The notes beneath the pieces are model-generated. The model saw only the letters and a list, made by a program, of their open reading frames with translations. It ran no database searches and had not been told where the DNA came from. A stretch of DNA of 64,000 nucleotides from Octopus sinensis (taxonomy: Eukaryota): assembly GCF_006345805.1 (NCBI RefSeq), contig NC_043004.1, positions 104,594,001 through 104,658,000 of the forward strand, read 5' to 3'. The number at the start of each line of letters is the position of its first letter. The first letter of the stretch is position 1. The position numbers and the translations under genes were made by a program. Below, in pieces: positions 63,513 to 64,000 of this stretch.

Positions 63513-63950
63513 GATGAAATCCACTCAATCGCACGCCAGATTTTACCATAACGATAAATACGCGTGTGGTTCAATTGATTACATCCGACGTTATAATTCA
63601 AATGCCCCAACTAACAGCGCGCCAAATTTTCACGGAAAACAAATACAGCATTTAGAAATAAATGCAGCATAATTATAATTAATTAATAAGGGTGAGAGAA
63701 TTAGATACTAATTTAATAGTATATCTATTCTACACCAAGTGGCCTAGTGCTCCGAGAAACCTGGATTATTATAATATTTTATAATATATTATAATATTTT
63801 TACAAAAAAAATATAAGAGAGTGGTCACTATATGGCTCACTCTAGCACCAGTTAATCCAAAAGGTTTCAACCACAAAGATACATGTTTCCCATGAAAGTC
63901 AGTACGATTGTTAGCTCACACGGACAGGGCAAATAAAAAATAACAAAATA

Positions 63951-64000
63951 CAGATTATTTAGGGACAATTGTTTCGCTATTAATGAATTAAATGTAATAT
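63951..64000 (-). ncRNA. Type I hammerhead ribozyme, copy 6, truncated by the window edge (C17 at 63964)
   Basis: GAAA-CAAUUG-UC half is present; one stem I substitution at 63961. Confidence 0.6.

Larger units (their letters stand above)
61152..64000 (-). repeat. Tandem array of ~530-bp units (5 full and 1 partial), each containing a hammerhead ribozyme; retrozyme-like
   Basis: Anchor GAGTGGTCAC at 61171, 61698, 62224, 62753, 63286 and 63819 (periods 527, 526, 529, 533, 533); the array continues past the window end. Confidence 0.95.

Noticed and set aside
61219-63524. Repeated 63-71 aa ORF MDFIQIVLAEELQVDFF... in the tandem array
   Set aside because: It overlaps the ribozyme, starts at a non-ATG codon, and is broken by indels in several copies; best explained as incidental.
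61152-64000. Array as CRISPR, 5S/snRNA/SL-RNA cluster or Helitron tandem
   Set aside because: No unique spacers, no recognisable Pol III boxes or snRNA sequence, and no TC...hairpin-CTAG geometry; the hammerhead explains the conserved structure.

Overview
AT-rich, microsatellite- and transposon-dense animal genomic DNA. It is inferred to be octopus/cephalopod from the recurrent tRNA-derived SINE families and the (TA)n/(TG)n/(TGTA)n load. The only supportable host gene is a 4-coding-exon GADD45 homologue (+ strand, CDS 28936-32269, 161 aa). It has a TATA/CCAAT promoter, stress-response motifs in intron 1 and a probable extra intron in the 3'UTR. The rest is a nested collection of SINEs, LINE remnants (R4/Dong, CRE, RTE, CR1/L2-like), DNA transposons (Merlin, maT/DD37D, hAT-like and mariner-like MITEs, a Helitron) and foldback elements. 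The most striking structure is the ~530-bp tandem array from ~61152 to the window end. Every unit carries, on the minus strand, a type I hammerhead ribozyme with all core nucleotides (CUGAGGA / GAAA / GUC) and a palindromic stem III, i.e. a retrozyme-like array. Short Penelope-like fragments elsewhere in the window carry related degenerate hammerheads and share a downstream motif with the array. All calls were made by eye; nothing was searched or folded computationally.
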